Source: a virus (lineage: Duplodnaviria > Caudoviricetes). Taken from it: a DNA stretch of 43,397 nucleotides. The first letter of the stretch is position 1. Every line of letters starts with the position of its first letter. The notes beneath the pieces are model-generated. The model saw only the letters and a list, made by a program, of their open reading frames with translations. It searched no databases and had not been told where the DNA came from. A program made the position numbers and the translations under genes. The stretch spans positions 1 to 43,397 of IMG/VR virus record IMGVR_UViG_3300020045_001266, one strand, 5' to 3'. Shown in pieces: positions 1 to 10,187 of the stretch.

Positions 1-121
1 CATTTTTGCGCTCATTTGTGATAGCGCCTTGCCCAGTAGTAGGATTGGCATCGCCACCCCAAAACTGGACGCCAAATTGAATATCTTTTGCATATCCACC
101 AATAACTTTCCAGTCAAAGCA
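1..121. repeat. Terminal direct repeat, left copy (circular assembly overlap)
   Basis: Bases 1-121 are identical to 43277-43397, and the tailspike frame runs through the junction. Confidence 0.95.
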
Positions 122-1285
122 GTAGAAAAGATCGACGGCAGCGCCATGGGATGAAGCTGCGACACCAACAGCATGGAAATCTGAAACAGTAATATCCCTA
201 CATACATTAGCGCCAACACCAGAAGTAACAACATCAGCATAATTCGATGCGCTGGTATTAAAAAAGCAAACTTTGCATGAGTATGCTTTAGGAGATTCAA
301 GAAAAACATCACTGCATGCGACGCCATTAAATCCAGAAACAAGAAGGTTTGCAGAAATATTAATAAAAATAGGTTTAACCATTTTTATTTTATTCCCGCC
401 GATTGTTTTAAAAATGCCGGTTGGAAATTGAGCAGATGGGCCATTCCATGTAAATGCTGCATTGCCAATATTATCTATTGTAACGCCATCAGGAATTGTG
501 ATACTTGCAGAAATAATGTAGTTTGCATTTGCGGAGGTAGTGAAATGCTTTGACCCATTATTAAGTGCATTTTGAATGCTGGCTGTTGAATCCGTTACTC
601 CTGTCGGGTCCACCCCTACCGTATCATCAAGGCAAACTACCTGGCGCAGCTTCCTGTCGACCGTCTGAAAAAGAGAATTCGTTTGTGGCTGCTGGAAGCC
701 AAGTAGCGTTGATCCAGGTGGCGATGCATATGCTGAAATGGCATTTGAAAGGTCAATTGCTACTTCTGCAGCAGAGCCTGATACTGGCGCCGCCACAATC
801 GGCCTGCCAAACGAATCGAAGCCAAGCAATTTGTTTGCGCGTGCCGCTGCGCTTGGCAACTCAGTATTCATGCCCGTATCGGACAGTGGGAATTTCAATG
901 ACCGGCTGGCCAGGCTGAAAAGCTGCTGGCAAAAGATCGTCAGCCGGTCGAGCGCAGCATTCAGTACAGCGGGGTAGAAGCCGCCGCCATTGGTAATGTC
1001 CAGGGGCTGCAGGTAGTCAAGCGAGCTGGTAAGGACCAGCGTTTTACCAGTTGCCAGTGCGGCGGGAAGTGTTGCTGTGCCGCCTGGGTTGGCGTTCTGG
1101 TCTGAGTTTAGCGTGACCGTGTAGCCAGAATTGAGGACCAGCGACGTCGCCACGCCGGTGGACACATCGGTTTGCACTGCCAGCAGATCGGCAGTTTTGA
1201 AAATTTTGAAGTAGAAGGGGAATGCCGTCGTTACACCGTTCCCGATGTATGGCCCCGCTGTGCGGATGGTGTTGCTGATAGTCAT
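1..1285 (-). CDS. Tailspike / receptor-binding protein, 5' part (continues across the origin to 42291; ~756 aa in total)
   Basis: Not in the ORF track. ATG at 1285 with RBS CAAGGAGAA. N-terminus MTISNTIRTAGPYIGNGVTTAFPFYFKIF resembles the T7-fibre-like anchor domain, and GVDPTGVTDSTASIQNALN is the typical entry to a pectate-lyase-like beta-helix. 1285+986 nt is divisible by 3. Confidence 0.85.
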   Translation of the reverse strand, partial: MTISNTIRTAGPYIGNGVTTAFPFYFKIFKTADLLAVQTDVSTGVATSLVLNSGYTVTLNSDQNANPGGTATLPAALATGKTLVLTSSLDYLQPLDITNGGGFYPAVLNAALDRLTIFCQQLFSLASRSLKFPLSDTGMNTELPSAAARANKLLGFDSFGRPIVAAPVSGSAAEVAIDLSNAISAYASPPGSTLLGFQQPQTNSLFQTVDRKLRQVVCLDDTVGVDPTGVTDSTASIQNALNNGSKHFTTSANANYIISASITIPDGVTIDNIGNAAFTWNGPSAQFPTGIFKTIGGNKIKMVKPIFINISANLLVSGFNGVACSDVFLESPKAYSCKVCFFNTSASNYADVVTSGVGANVCRDITVSDFHAVGVAASSHGAAVDLFYCFDWKVIGGYAKDIQFGVQFWGGDANPTTGQGAITNERKN

Positions 1286-1308
1286 GCCGGGTTCTCCTTG
1301 AATGCTGC

Positions 1309-1341
1309 ATTGTAGGTTTGAGAGAACCCGGTACGTGAACT
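1309..1341 (-). promoter_or_regulatory. Putative late promoter for tailspike/lysis genes
   Basis: AGTTCACGTACC-N15-TACAAT; the same box and spacing occur at 15137-15169 and 21274-21306. Confidence 0.75.
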
Positions 1342-4300
1342 TAGCGCTGCTTGCTTTCGGGGCTTGATGTGCCGGTGATGACGCCGCGCGCCGCGTCTGC
1401 CGGGCCGAGTGGGCGGGTACGGCCAGATGCTACGTCGACGCCGTAGATAAGCGGCTTGGCTATGCCCAGGGCGGGAATTCCGGTAGCCATCGAGATCAGC
1501 GTTGCCACGTCGCGCACCGCCTTGCCCTCGCCGCCCTGGCCAGTCACTGCCGTGTAGACCGACTTCGGTGCCTTGCCTGCGCTTTCCAGCATGCTGATCG
1601 CCGGGCTGGTGCTGATCTTGTCATCGTATGGCTTGCCGTTCGCTGTGTTGGCGGCGGCGTTGATGACCTGGCCGGCGACCGGAACCATGGCAGTCAGGTT
1701 GCGAAGCGTGCCCCAGCCGAAGGTTTGCTCCAGCCAGTCGTCCCAGTAGGCGCCATCCTTGTCCTCGTCATCGGGGCCACCACGGAATGCCAACGCGATT
1801 GCCTGCGCTACCCATGCCGGAGCCAGCAGGCCGAAGAACAGCACATACAGGCCACGCCCGGCGCCCTTGCGTAGCCCAACCTCTTCGGAAATCTTTACCA
1901 GCTCCGTGGCGTTCAAGTTGGCCACCATGTTGAAGTAGCCATAGAACTGCGTGAACATGCGCACGAAGGCGTTACCCGTTTCGATGCGGGAAATATCTTC
2001 CGGCAGCGTGCTGCCCTGCGTCTCGCGCACCGATGAATCGGCCAGGCGGCGCGCATACAGTTCCAGCCCCGCCTGGGTCATGCCGGCCGGTGCCGTTTCC
2101 ATGGCCTGGTTATAGGCACCCTGCCAGATGATGGGCGACATGACATTGTCGACGGCCGACTGCAGAAAGTAGGCATGCTTCGACGTCCAGGCCTGCACCT
2201 TCTCGATGGTGCTGGGGTTGATCAGGATATCGTTGATAATGCCGCTCAATGCCTGAACCTCGTTTTCCATGCGCAGCCGCATGTACGGCGACACGGCGGC
2301 AATGGCTTCGGTGGCCTTCTGCGGGCTGCGCAGGTAGTCGATGGCGGCCGGGCCAAGGTAGCGCGGGCTGACCTTGAGCGCCGCTACTGAAAAGCCCGTG
2401 ATCTGCTGCAGCGTGTTGCTGACGTTGCCGAACATGGCCGCCATACCGGCACGCGCGCGCAGCACAGCGAAGATGCGCATGTTTCCCCATGAACCATCGA
2501 CCGGGCTTTCCACCTGTTGACGTGATGCACGATGCAGCCAAGGGGTGAGCAGCGAATCAAACACGGTAGGGTCGATGCGGTTCATGGGCACAGAAATCTC
2601 GCTGCTGGTCAGCACCTTGCGTACCTCGCGCACCGGCTGCTCAAGGTGGGAGAACAGCAACACCTTGTCGATGTGCTGGGAAATCGTGCGCAGGTCCAGC
2701 ATCAGCGGCCGGTTGTACTCGACGCGGCCCTTCGTGAATCCCCGGCTGGTCTGCGGGAACGACGCCTGCAAGGTCGCGTTCTCGCTTTCGGCCAGCGCGC
2801 GCGTGCGAGCATCCGCCACGATGCGGGAGTCAGCCATGGCCGGCACGTAGCCGCCGGCATACTTGCCGAACTGGTTTTCGAACGGCGTGGCGGTGATCTC
2901 GTCAAAGTAGCGGCCAAACACTTCCCGGTGCGTCTTCTGCGCCAGCGGCTTCATGGATTCCATCAAGTCCCATACGCCTTGAGCGAAATCGAAATCAGCC
3001 TTGGTCAAGCGGCCCTCGTTGATCATGCGATTGATGAAGATATCCCAGCGCGTGGTATCAAGCGTACCGTCTTCTTTCAGGCTGGCCCAGTTACGCCCCA
3101 GCAGCATTTTTTTCATGTTGCTTTCGTTTCCAGTGTGCAGGATGGCATGCAGCAATTCAGCCTTGCCGGCGCCGCCCTTGTCGAACCCGAACGTGTAGCC
3201 GATTTCCGGCGCCGCGATCTTGGTTGCCGTCAGCGTCTTGGCAATCGGGTCGAGCAGTTCGCGGTACTGGCGCAGGAACTTGGCCTTGTCGGCGCGGTAG
3301 TTGTCGGCCGCATCCTTCACCTGGCTGAAAATGTAGCGACGGAACGGGCCCATCTTCGTGCCGGCGCCGTCGCGCGCATCGGCCCAGGCTTCTACCCGGC
3401 GCAGCGAGGCGCGCAACGACTGCAGGCGCGCGATCATGGTTTCGCCTTCGGTGATGGCCTTGCCCTCTCCCGGGATGACTTCGGGGATGCCCATTTCTTC
3501 CAGGCGCGCCCGCAGCTGGCCCTGCACGTCCTGGCGGTCCATCAGGTCGCCGTCGACTTCCATCTGGCGCGAGCGCTTGGCAAGGTACATCAGGCTGTCG
3601 ATTTCATCCTTGAGGCCACGCACCTGTTCGATGGTCAGTTCGCGGAACGGCAGCGCGCCGGCCGTCACCTGCTGGATGCGGTCGACCAGGACAGCCGACA
3701 TTTCCGGGTCGTAGGTCTCCACCGCTTTCAGGTATTCGCTGGCCGCCTTACCGCGCGTGCCGATGCCGAACTCGGCCAAGATGGCGCGTGTAGCCATCAC
3801 CATGTCCAGGTCGCGCGTCTTCGACACTTTCTCGTTGTTGCCGCGGGCAATCTTGTTGAAGCCCTGCAGCGTCTTCGCCATTTCCGTCTTGGCGTCCAGC
3901 GCGGCGCGCGCGGCGTAGGTGTTGATCAGGTGATTCTGCTTTTCCACGGCGGCCAGCTGCAAGTCGTCCTTGGCCAGCGCGGCCTGCGATGCCTTGGCGG
4001 CGCGACGGGCAGCGGCCAGGAACACGTCGGGGCGAAGCTCGGATACTTTGAGGCGCGCAATGGCTGCGGCGGCATACGACTTCGCCGCGGCGGCCAGCAC
4101 AGGCGCGCGGCCGGTGGCCTTGTTCAGCGCGTTCAACTCAGTCGCCACGAAGCGCGCGCGCGCCTCACCCACCAGCGCCAGATTGATCGCGGCGTCGATT
4201 GTGGCCTGGTCTTTCAGGTCGCCGTAGCGCTCCAGCATGCGCTGATTCGTCTGTTCCTCGATGACGTCGCGCGCGGCCGGCGCCGTCAGCAGGTCGCGCA

Positions 4301-7300
4301 CCATGGCGTCACCGGACGGATAGCCGACGATCTCGGCCAGCGCATCAGGTGACAAGCCAGTTTCGGCCAGCGCGCCATACGCGCCGTAGCCAAGCTTCGA
4401 CCAGTCGAGCAGCGCGAAGCGGTCGCCCTCGCCGCCATACATTTCGGTCAGGCTGGCTATTGCCAGTTTGTGCGCGGCTGGCGCCGGCGTGCCGTCCGGG
4501 TTCAGGCCGCGGCGCAGGAACTGGCGGGCCTGGTTGACCGGTTCGGCCATGACTTCCTTCTCTACCTCGGCGCGCATGGTCTTGCGGCGGTCGGCAGCCT
4601 CGCGCTGCATGTCGCGCAGAATACGGGCCTTGGCGTTCGCCAGCCACTTCATATCGCGCAGGCTGCGCTGCTCCAGCTGCGTGATCGCGTCCTGCGTGGC
4701 GTCGATGGAAAGCTCTTGGTATGCGCGCCACTCGTCGTCTTGCATGAATGCCGGTTTCGTGCGAAACATGCCTTCCAGGCCCTGGTCGGCCTCTGCCTCG
4801 GTGATCGACTCGGTGCTGGCCACCATACGGTCGAACACGCCGCGCACCTCGTCGGTCAATGTCACGTTCAGCGCGGTGAGCGACTTGTACACGCTGACCA
4901 TCCAGGCGCGGAAGCGGGCGAACAGCGGCTGCAGTTCTGGCGTAGGCGCCTTTCCTTCGAACAGGTATGCCTCAAAGCCGCGCGCGAACTGCTCGTGATA
5001 TTGGCGCTTCTGCTCCAGGTCGTAGGCGTCCCACGTCGCCAGGTCGGGCACGCCGAACCAGGCCAGCGTCTTGGCCATGTCGTCAACGATTCCGGCCGGC
5101 GCGTCAGGCTGCGCGGCGATGTGCGCCTGCACTTCAAGGAAGAAATGGCCCAGCTCATGGTTGAACGTGCTCAGATTTGCCTTCTGCAGCAGCGTGATGA
5201 TGGTTGGGTTCTGCGTGATATCGTCGCTGATCGACATGCTGCCGCGCGCCGTCTGGTCGAGCTGGACAGACTGGTTAACTAGTCCACTTTTCCGCTCTGC
5301 CTCTATCCGGGCCCATACTTTTTCTTGCAGTTTCTGTGCGGCTTTTGTGCGCTCAGTTGCTGATTTCCCATCAGGGTGGCGCATACGCCACTGATAAACC
5401 ATTTCCTCGCCGATACCTTTGCGTCGATACTTCTTATCGACTACCAGCGTATTCCACTTGTCATAGGACGCAATAACTTTTTCACCGTCATAAATAGCAA
5501 CACCGTTTTCGCCAAAGCGCGCAGTATATTTATCTCCAAGGAATGGTTCTGGCGTAGCCTTTTCGACACTAACACCAGACGATGGCTTGAGGTCTTTTGC
5601 ATTGGCGTCTTTGGTAATCTTCGGGTTGCCAAGGAACTGTTCACGCGTCACCCCTGAAAATGGGTGAGTGCCTGTCTGGTCAAATGTGCGTTGCCCAGGC
5701 AGCGCTTCGGTGCGCACCTGAAGCGGATATCGCGCTGCCATTTCTTCCGGCGTGATGCCCAGCTTGGCAGCCTGCACGGCGTAGAAGTTGCCGGCCATCG
5801 TGGCATAGGCCTGGTTCACTTCCGGAGTGAAGCGTGCGGCCTGGTCCAACTGTATGGCGATCTGCTGCGTGACCACGTTGCGCGAGGCGTTGAAAGTATC
5901 GTCCTGCTGCTTCTGCTCGGTGACGCGCTGCACTTCCGCCTGCAGTTCCTGCGCGGCGCCGCTCTTGAGATATTCGCCTGCCGTGGTCTGCGTGAAGCCG
6001 CCCGGCTCGTCGGCCAGGTGCGGGATGATCGACTGCGCCAACTCGGGCCCCGCCAGGTTCGTCATCAGGTCGGCAATCGGCAGGCGGATATCGACGCCGC
6101 TGTCCATCGCCGTGCGAAGCTGCTCGGCTACGCCTGGCACAGCTTGAATGATCTGCTCGGCCATGCCGGATGCCTGCAGCGCTTCGGGCGTGATCCACAC
6201 TGAATCCCGGCCCTCGCCCGTCAGCGACTGGAAAAACTGCTGCGCCGTGCTGGCATCACGCTCACGTACCTTCGATGCTTCGGCCAAGCTGTTCAGCTGC
6301 TGCAGCGCATCGCCCACCGTGTTCGCGTGCTCGGCCTGCTGCTGGCGGCCAGTGACGCGCCCGGCTGCCGCGTTTAAGCCGCCCATGATCGATGCCTGGG
6401 TAATCGTGGCCACCAGAGTCTGGTAGGCGGCGCCTGGGCGCTCTGCCAGGTACTCTCCCCACGTCTTATCCGGGTTTGCGATGGCTGTATCAACGGCGTC
6501 CTGTGTCAATGTGGCCAGCTGCTCACTGGGAATCTCGCGCGCCAGCAGGCCGGTAAGAAAATGGCCTGCGTTCATCTTTCCAAGATTCTGCACCAGGTAG
6601 CCCATCGGCAGCATTTCCGTTGCTACCTCCAGGCCACCTTCCAGCGCGCCGCCGGCCAGCGCCTCGCCGGCCGTTCCGCCGCGGTTGCGGTACTTCCCAT
6701 AGGCTTCGCTACCGGTCTGCACGCCAATGGTTGCCAGCATAGGTGCCGTGCTGCGCGTGGCCAGCGATGCAGCCAGACCAGGGATCATGCGCAGCGTGCT
6801 GCTGGCGCCGCCATACACAGCGCTGGCCGTGGCGCCCTTGATATCCGGCGTGGCGTCAGCACGCTCCAGATCGGCGCGAGAGTATCGTTCTTGCGCGTCG
6901 CGGCGCACGGCATCGAAGCCGAACAGGTCGGCCATCTGCATGCGCATACCCTGGCGCGCCAGCTCGGCGCCCTGAGGCAAGGACTTGGCCAAGCCGGCTA
7001 CCACGGAAAAGAAATCAGGCTTGGGCCCGACAATGGGGCCGATTGTGCTTTCCGTCTGCGACAGGTTCTCAATGTCGTCGTGCGAAATGCGTGCATTCTC
7101 TGGCTCTGCAAGAAAGCGCGTCGTGGACGGGTAGGTCTTTGAGAGCTCGTCAAAGTCCTGGGCCTGGATCATGGCCTGGCGCTTTACGTCTTCCGGGTAC
7201 GCGCGCGCGGCATCAAGTGGCACGCCGGTGCGCGCGCTGGCCCGGCGCAGCTCGGCTTCGAAGTCCGGGTTGGCATCGACGGCCACCTGCATCGACGCTT

Positions 7301-7379
7301 TCGCGGCCTGCGCTGGCTCGTTGATTTCCGGGTTCAGGTAGGCGGCTACTGCGCCGGCTGTGTCCACTTGGTTTTCCAT
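1341..7379 (-). CDS. Giant internal virion (DNA ejection) protein, polyvalent type, with inserted GNAT and HExxH metallopeptidase-like motif
   Basis: 2012 aa, Ala-rich and helical, last of three ejection genes before the tailspike. Motifs VVDKKYRRKGIG and STFNHELGHFFLE. Confidence 0.75.
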   Translation of the reverse strand: MENQVDTAGAVAAYLNPEINEPAQAAKASMQVAVDANPDFEAELRRASARTGVPLDAARAYPEDVKRQAMIQAQDFDELSKTYPSTTRFLAEPENARISHDDIENLSQTESTIGPIVGPKPDFFSVVAGLAKSLPQGAELARQGMRMQMADLFGFDAVRRDAQERYSRADLERADATPDIKGATASAVYGGASSTLRMIPGLAASLATRSTAPMLATIGVQTGSEAYGKYRNRGGTAGEALAGGALEGGLEVATEMLPMGYLVQNLGKMNAGHFLTGLLAREIPSEQLATLTQDAVDTAIANPDKTWGEYLAERPGAAYQTLVATITQASIMGGLNAAAGRVTGRQQQAEHANTVGDALQQLNSLAEASKVRERDASTAQQFFQSLTGEGRDSVWITPEALQASGMAEQIIQAVPGVAEQLRTAMDSGVDIRLPIADLMTNLAGPELAQSIIPHLADEPGGFTQTTAGEYLKSGAAQELQAEVQRVTEQKQQDDTFNASRNVVTQQIAIQLDQAARFTPEVNQAYATMAGNFYAVQAAKLGITPEEMAARYPLQVRTEALPGQRTFDQTGTHPFSGVTREQFLGNPKITKDANAKDLKPSSGVSVEKATPEPFLGDKYTARFGENGVAIYDGEKVIASYDKWNTLVVDKKYRRKGIGEEMVYQWRMRHPDGKSATERTKAAQKLQEKVWARIEAERKSGLVNQSVQLDQTARGSMSISDDITQNPTIITLLQKANLSTFNHELGHFFLEVQAHIAAQPDAPAGIVDDMAKTLAWFGVPDLATWDAYDLEQKRQYHEQFARGFEAYLFEGKAPTPELQPLFARFRAWMVSVYKSLTALNVTLTDEVRGVFDRMVASTESITEAEADQGLEGMFRTKPAFMQDDEWRAYQELSIDATQDAITQLEQRSLRDMKWLANAKARILRDMQREAADRRKTMRAEVEKEVMAEPVNQARQFLRRGLNPDGTPAPAAHKLAIASLTEMYGGEGDRFALLDWSKLGYGAYGALAETGLSPDALAEIVGYPSGDAMVRDLLTAPAARDVIEEQTNQRMLERYGDLKDQATIDAAINLALVGEARARFVATELNALNKATGRAPVLAAAAKSYAAAAIARLKVSELRPDVFLAAARRAAKASQAALAKDDLQLAAVEKQNHLINTYAARAALDAKTEMAKTLQGFNKIARGNNEKVSKTRDLDMVMATRAILAEFGIGTRGKAASEYLKAVETYDPEMSAVLVDRIQQVTAGALPFRELTIEQVRGLKDEIDSLMYLAKRSRQMEVDGDLMDRQDVQGQLRARLEEMGIPEVIPGEGKAITEGETMIARLQSLRASLRRVEAWADARDGAGTKMGPFRRYIFSQVKDAADNYRADKAKFLRQYRELLDPIAKTLTATKIAAPEIGYTFGFDKGGAGKAELLHAILHTGNESNMKKMLLGRNWASLKEDGTLDTTRWDIFINRMINEGRLTKADFDFAQGVWDLMESMKPLAQKTHREVFGRYFDEITATPFENQFGKYAGGYVPAMADSRIVADARTRALAESENATLQASFPQTSRGFTKGRVEYNRPLMLDLRTISQHIDKVLLFSHLEQPVREVRKVLTSSEISVPMNRIDPTVFDSLLTPWLHRASRQQVESPVDGSWGNMRIFAVLRARAGMAAMFGNVSNTLQQITGFSVAALKVSPRYLGPAAIDYLRSPQKATEAIAAVSPYMRLRMENEVQALSGIINDILINPSTIEKVQAWTSKHAYFLQSAVDNVMSPIIWQGAYNQAMETAPAGMTQAGLELYARRLADSSVRETQGSTLPEDISRIETGNAFVRMFTQFYGYFNMVANLNATELVKISEEVGLRKGAGRGLYVLFFGLLAPAWVAQAIALAFRGGPDDEDKDGAYWDDWLEQTFGWGTLRNLTAMVPVAGQVINAAANTANGKPYDDKISTSPAISMLESAGKAPKSVYTAVTGQGGEGKAVRDVATLISMATGIPALGIAKPLIYGVDVASGRTRPLGPADAARGVITGTSSPESKQR

Positions 7380-9628
7380 TACTGTCCTTTCAAAAATTCA
7401 CGGCTATCGGCTTCCAGCTTTGCTTGCGCTGCGGACTTGATTTTCCCACTCTTCGACTGTGGCGTGTCCTTGTTCTTCGGGATCGCCTGCAGTTTCCAGT
7501 ATGCGCCCAGCAGGTCGGCGTCGGTCGGATCGATGCCGTTGGCCTGGAAGTCGGTCTTGAGCTTGTCATAAATGTCGCCCGGGATATTTGATGCCTTCAT
7601 GGTCAGCAGGCGGCCTTGCGTGCTTCCGGTCGTGATGCCAAGGAACGAAGTGCGGAACGATGCGGATTTTGCAAAAAGGCCATCGATGTGCTTTTCGACG
7701 TCGGCATCGGTCATCTGCTTGGTGGTCACGCGCTGCTGCTGGATGATGCTATCGGTGACGTACTTCTTGATCGCGCCCACGCGCGCGGCATCGTCGGTGG
7801 CATCCTTCGGCGTCGGGTCGATGCCCAGCGTCTGCAGACGCGTAGCCAGCACCGAATTGACGGCGCCGGTGTTGATCTCGCCCATCTTGTCCGTGCCCTT
7901 GCCGCTGGCGGCGGCGCGCTGCGTGGCAAAGTGCTGCCAGTCTGCCAGTGACAGCTCGCGGCGCAGCTGGTAGAACTCGTTATCGTCCAGGCGTTTGAGG
8001 GCGGCCGGGTCGCTCAGTCGCTGATACACGGCCGGGTTTGTAATGTCATCGCCCTTGGCCACCTTCTGGCCGAAGCTGATCAGGTTGTCCAACTTGTCGG
8101 GCGGAATCTGCGATCGCACGGCATACGGTAGCGCCGACACGCGGCCGCCGTTCTGCTCCAGCGCCTTCATGGCATCGGTGACGGCCTGGTCTTCCTTCGA
8201 CTTGATCGCCTTGGCGTTGTCCTCGAACAACTGCGTGGCGCTGGCCAGTGCCATCTTGAGCACGCCGGCCGGTGGCGTAGGGCCGTAGCGCGCGGCAACC
8301 TGCGCGCGCACGCCGTCATGTACTTCCTGCAGGTTCGGCTTGGCCGGCGCGCCGCCGCCATCCTGCAGCGCCTGCATGTTCTTGGCCACATAGTCGCTGG
8401 TCTGCTTGTAATTCGCAGGGCTTTGCAGCGCGGCCATTTCCGAAAGCCAAGTCGTGCCGTTCTTGCGCGCGGCCTCGACGGCTTTGTCGACGGTGCCGGG
8501 CCCGGCGTTGTACGCGGCCCAGGCTTTCGGCATGTCGCCGGCATATTTCTGCACCATGGCGTCGATGTACTCGCCGCCCACGCGCGCGCGCTCTTCCTTG
8601 CTGTCGTCGGCTGCCGGCTTGATACCGTAGCCGGGATTGCGGTTGGTGGCGTCCATCACCTGCATGCTGCCCTTGGCTGTACCCTGGCCGGGAACCATCG
8701 GGCCGACCGCGTTCGGGTTGCCGTTGCTTTCCGACTGCATGGTGATGGCGCGGATGCGCGACGACTCGGGCGGGTTGGCCTGCTGCCGGTACTGGCCCAT
8801 TACGCCGGTGGCAATCGTGTCGGCCGTGCGCGCGTACAGGTCTTTGTTGATGACGCCGCGCACCTTGAGCAGATCGTCGGCCGTCATCTGCGCCTTGTTG
8901 CGGTCCAGATAGGCCATGGCATACTCCGGGTTGCTGTTCTGCAGCGCCGCATCGATCACGCCCATGTGCACGCCGCTGGTAGTGGCCTTGATGCGCGTAG
9001 TGGTTTCGTTGGCAGACCAGCCCTGAAGCGTGCTGCTTCGGTACACGGCCGCCTGGATGCTGTCGATAGACCCCTTGATCTTGTCCGGGTCGTTCCAGTT
9101 CAGCTTTGCCTCGTCGGCGCCGATCTTGATGGTTCCGTCCTGTACCGACAGAGCGTGCTGCTGGTACTGCTGCGTCGAATACTGCTGCACGCTGCCGCGA
9201 AACGTAGTGGCCAAGTTGTTGGCCTGGCGCATAAAGGCCTGGCGCTGCGCGTCGTTGCCCAGGCTGACAGACAACTCCGAGACGGTTGTTTCCAGCTTGC
9301 TGGCATATTCCTGATCGAGCGGCTTTCCATCGGGCCGGGTCAGCGCTGCGTCACCCTTGAGCGTCTGGTAGCCGGTCTGCGGATTGTAGGTCAGGTCCAG
9401 CGTCTGCTGGCGCACCTTATTGAGTGCATCATCGACGCGGACCTGATTAACTTGCTGCTCCATATCCATGGCGATGGTAGCCGCGCCTGTGCCCGCACGC
9501 GTCAGCGCCTCGCCGGCCTGCTGCAGTTGTTCCGGCGCGGCATTGCGCACGTCAGGCGCAGAAAATGCGCCACCTGGCGCCGAAGTTGGTGCGACCTGCT
9601 GGCCGCCATAGCTTGGGACTGTTGGCAC
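7379..9628 (-). CDS. Internal virion protein with lytic transglycosylase (SLT) domain
   Basis: 749 aa, GTG start. SLT motifs QSESNGNPNAV, AKGSMQVM and AWAAYNAGPG. Confidence 0.8.
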   Translation of the reverse strand: MPTVPSYGGQQVAPTSAPGGAFSAPDVRNAAPEQLQQAGEALTRAGTGAATIAMDMEQQVNQVRVDDALNKVRQQTLDLTYNPQTGYQTLKGDAALTRPDGKPLDQEYASKLETTVSELSVSLGNDAQRQAFMRQANNLATTFRGSVQQYSTQQYQQHALSVQDGTIKIGADEAKLNWNDPDKIKGSIDSIQAAVYRSSTLQGWSANETTTRIKATTSGVHMGVIDAALQNSNPEYAMAYLDRNKAQMTADDLLKVRGVINKDLYARTADTIATGVMGQYRQQANPPESSRIRAITMQSESNGNPNAVGPMVPGQGTAKGSMQVMDATNRNPGYGIKPAADDSKEERARVGGEYIDAMVQKYAGDMPKAWAAYNAGPGTVDKAVEAARKNGTTWLSEMAALQSPANYKQTSDYVAKNMQALQDGGGAPAKPNLQEVHDGVRAQVAARYGPTPPAGVLKMALASATQLFEDNAKAIKSKEDQAVTDAMKALEQNGGRVSALPYAVRSQIPPDKLDNLISFGQKVAKGDDITNPAVYQRLSDPAALKRLDDNEFYQLRRELSLADWQHFATQRAAASGKGTDKMGEINTGAVNSVLATRLQTLGIDPTPKDATDDAARVGAIKKYVTDSIIQQQRVTTKQMTDADVEKHIDGLFAKSASFRTSFLGITTGSTQGRLLTMKASNIPGDIYDKLKTDFQANGIDPTDADLLGAYWKLQAIPKNKDTPQSKSGKIKSAAQAKLEADSREFLKGQ

Positions 9629-9629
9629 G

Positions 9630-10175
9630 TTAGGTTCCTTTCGCGGTCACGCCGCCTTTGTTCAAGTTGTACCAGCTGCCGGCCACCTGCGTGGCACTTC
9701 CCAGCAACGACGTGGAGGCAGCGGAAAGAGGGCTGATGCTATCGGAGCTGGCGCGCGCGGCTGCGGCTTGGTTCGTGTAGTTGACGCCTTGTTTTCGATA
9801 GCCCCAGGCTGCATTGATCGCATTGACCTGCGCCTGGTTCATGTCCGTTTCTTTGGCGATATCGGTGCTGGTCAGGACTTCGGCCGCGCTACCGTCGCCC
9901 AGGTCGATGCCGTTTGCCGCCAGCGCCGCGCGCTGCGCCCCCTTCACCTGACCGGCGCGCGCGGTGATCTGCGCAATCTGCGCGTTGCCGCGCGCCAGCT
10001 CTTGCTGCGCCGCCAGTTCCGCCTGCTGGGCGTTGAGATCAGCCATAGTCGCCTGACCGTTCAGCGCTGTTTTTTGTGACTGCGCCCCATAATACGCACC
10101 AACTGTACCGATAGCGCCACCTGTTGCCTGGCCAACTACTGCAACTTGCACCAAACTTCCTGCGGTCAAACCCAT
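9630..10175 (-). CDS. Small internal virion (ejection) protein, T7 gp14-like position
   Basis: 181 aa, Ala/Gly/Gln-rich, motif GAQRAALAANGIDLGDGSA, directly after the nozzle gene. Confidence 0.7.
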   Translation of the reverse strand: MGLTAGSLVQVAVVGQATGGAIGTVGAYYGAQSQKTALNGQATMADLNAQQAELAAQQELARGNAQIAQITARAGQVKGAQRAALAANGIDLGDGSAAEVLTSTDIAKETDMNQAQVNAINAAWGYRKQGVNYTNQAAAARASSDSISPLSAASTSLLGSATQVAGSWYNLNKGGVTAKGT

Positions 10176-10187
10176 GATTTACCCCTT

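Noticed and set aside
1-121. 121-bp terminal repeat as a biological DTR or att site
   Set aside because: It lies mid-gene in the tailspike and has the form of an assembler overlap. It indicates circularity, not packaged genome ends.
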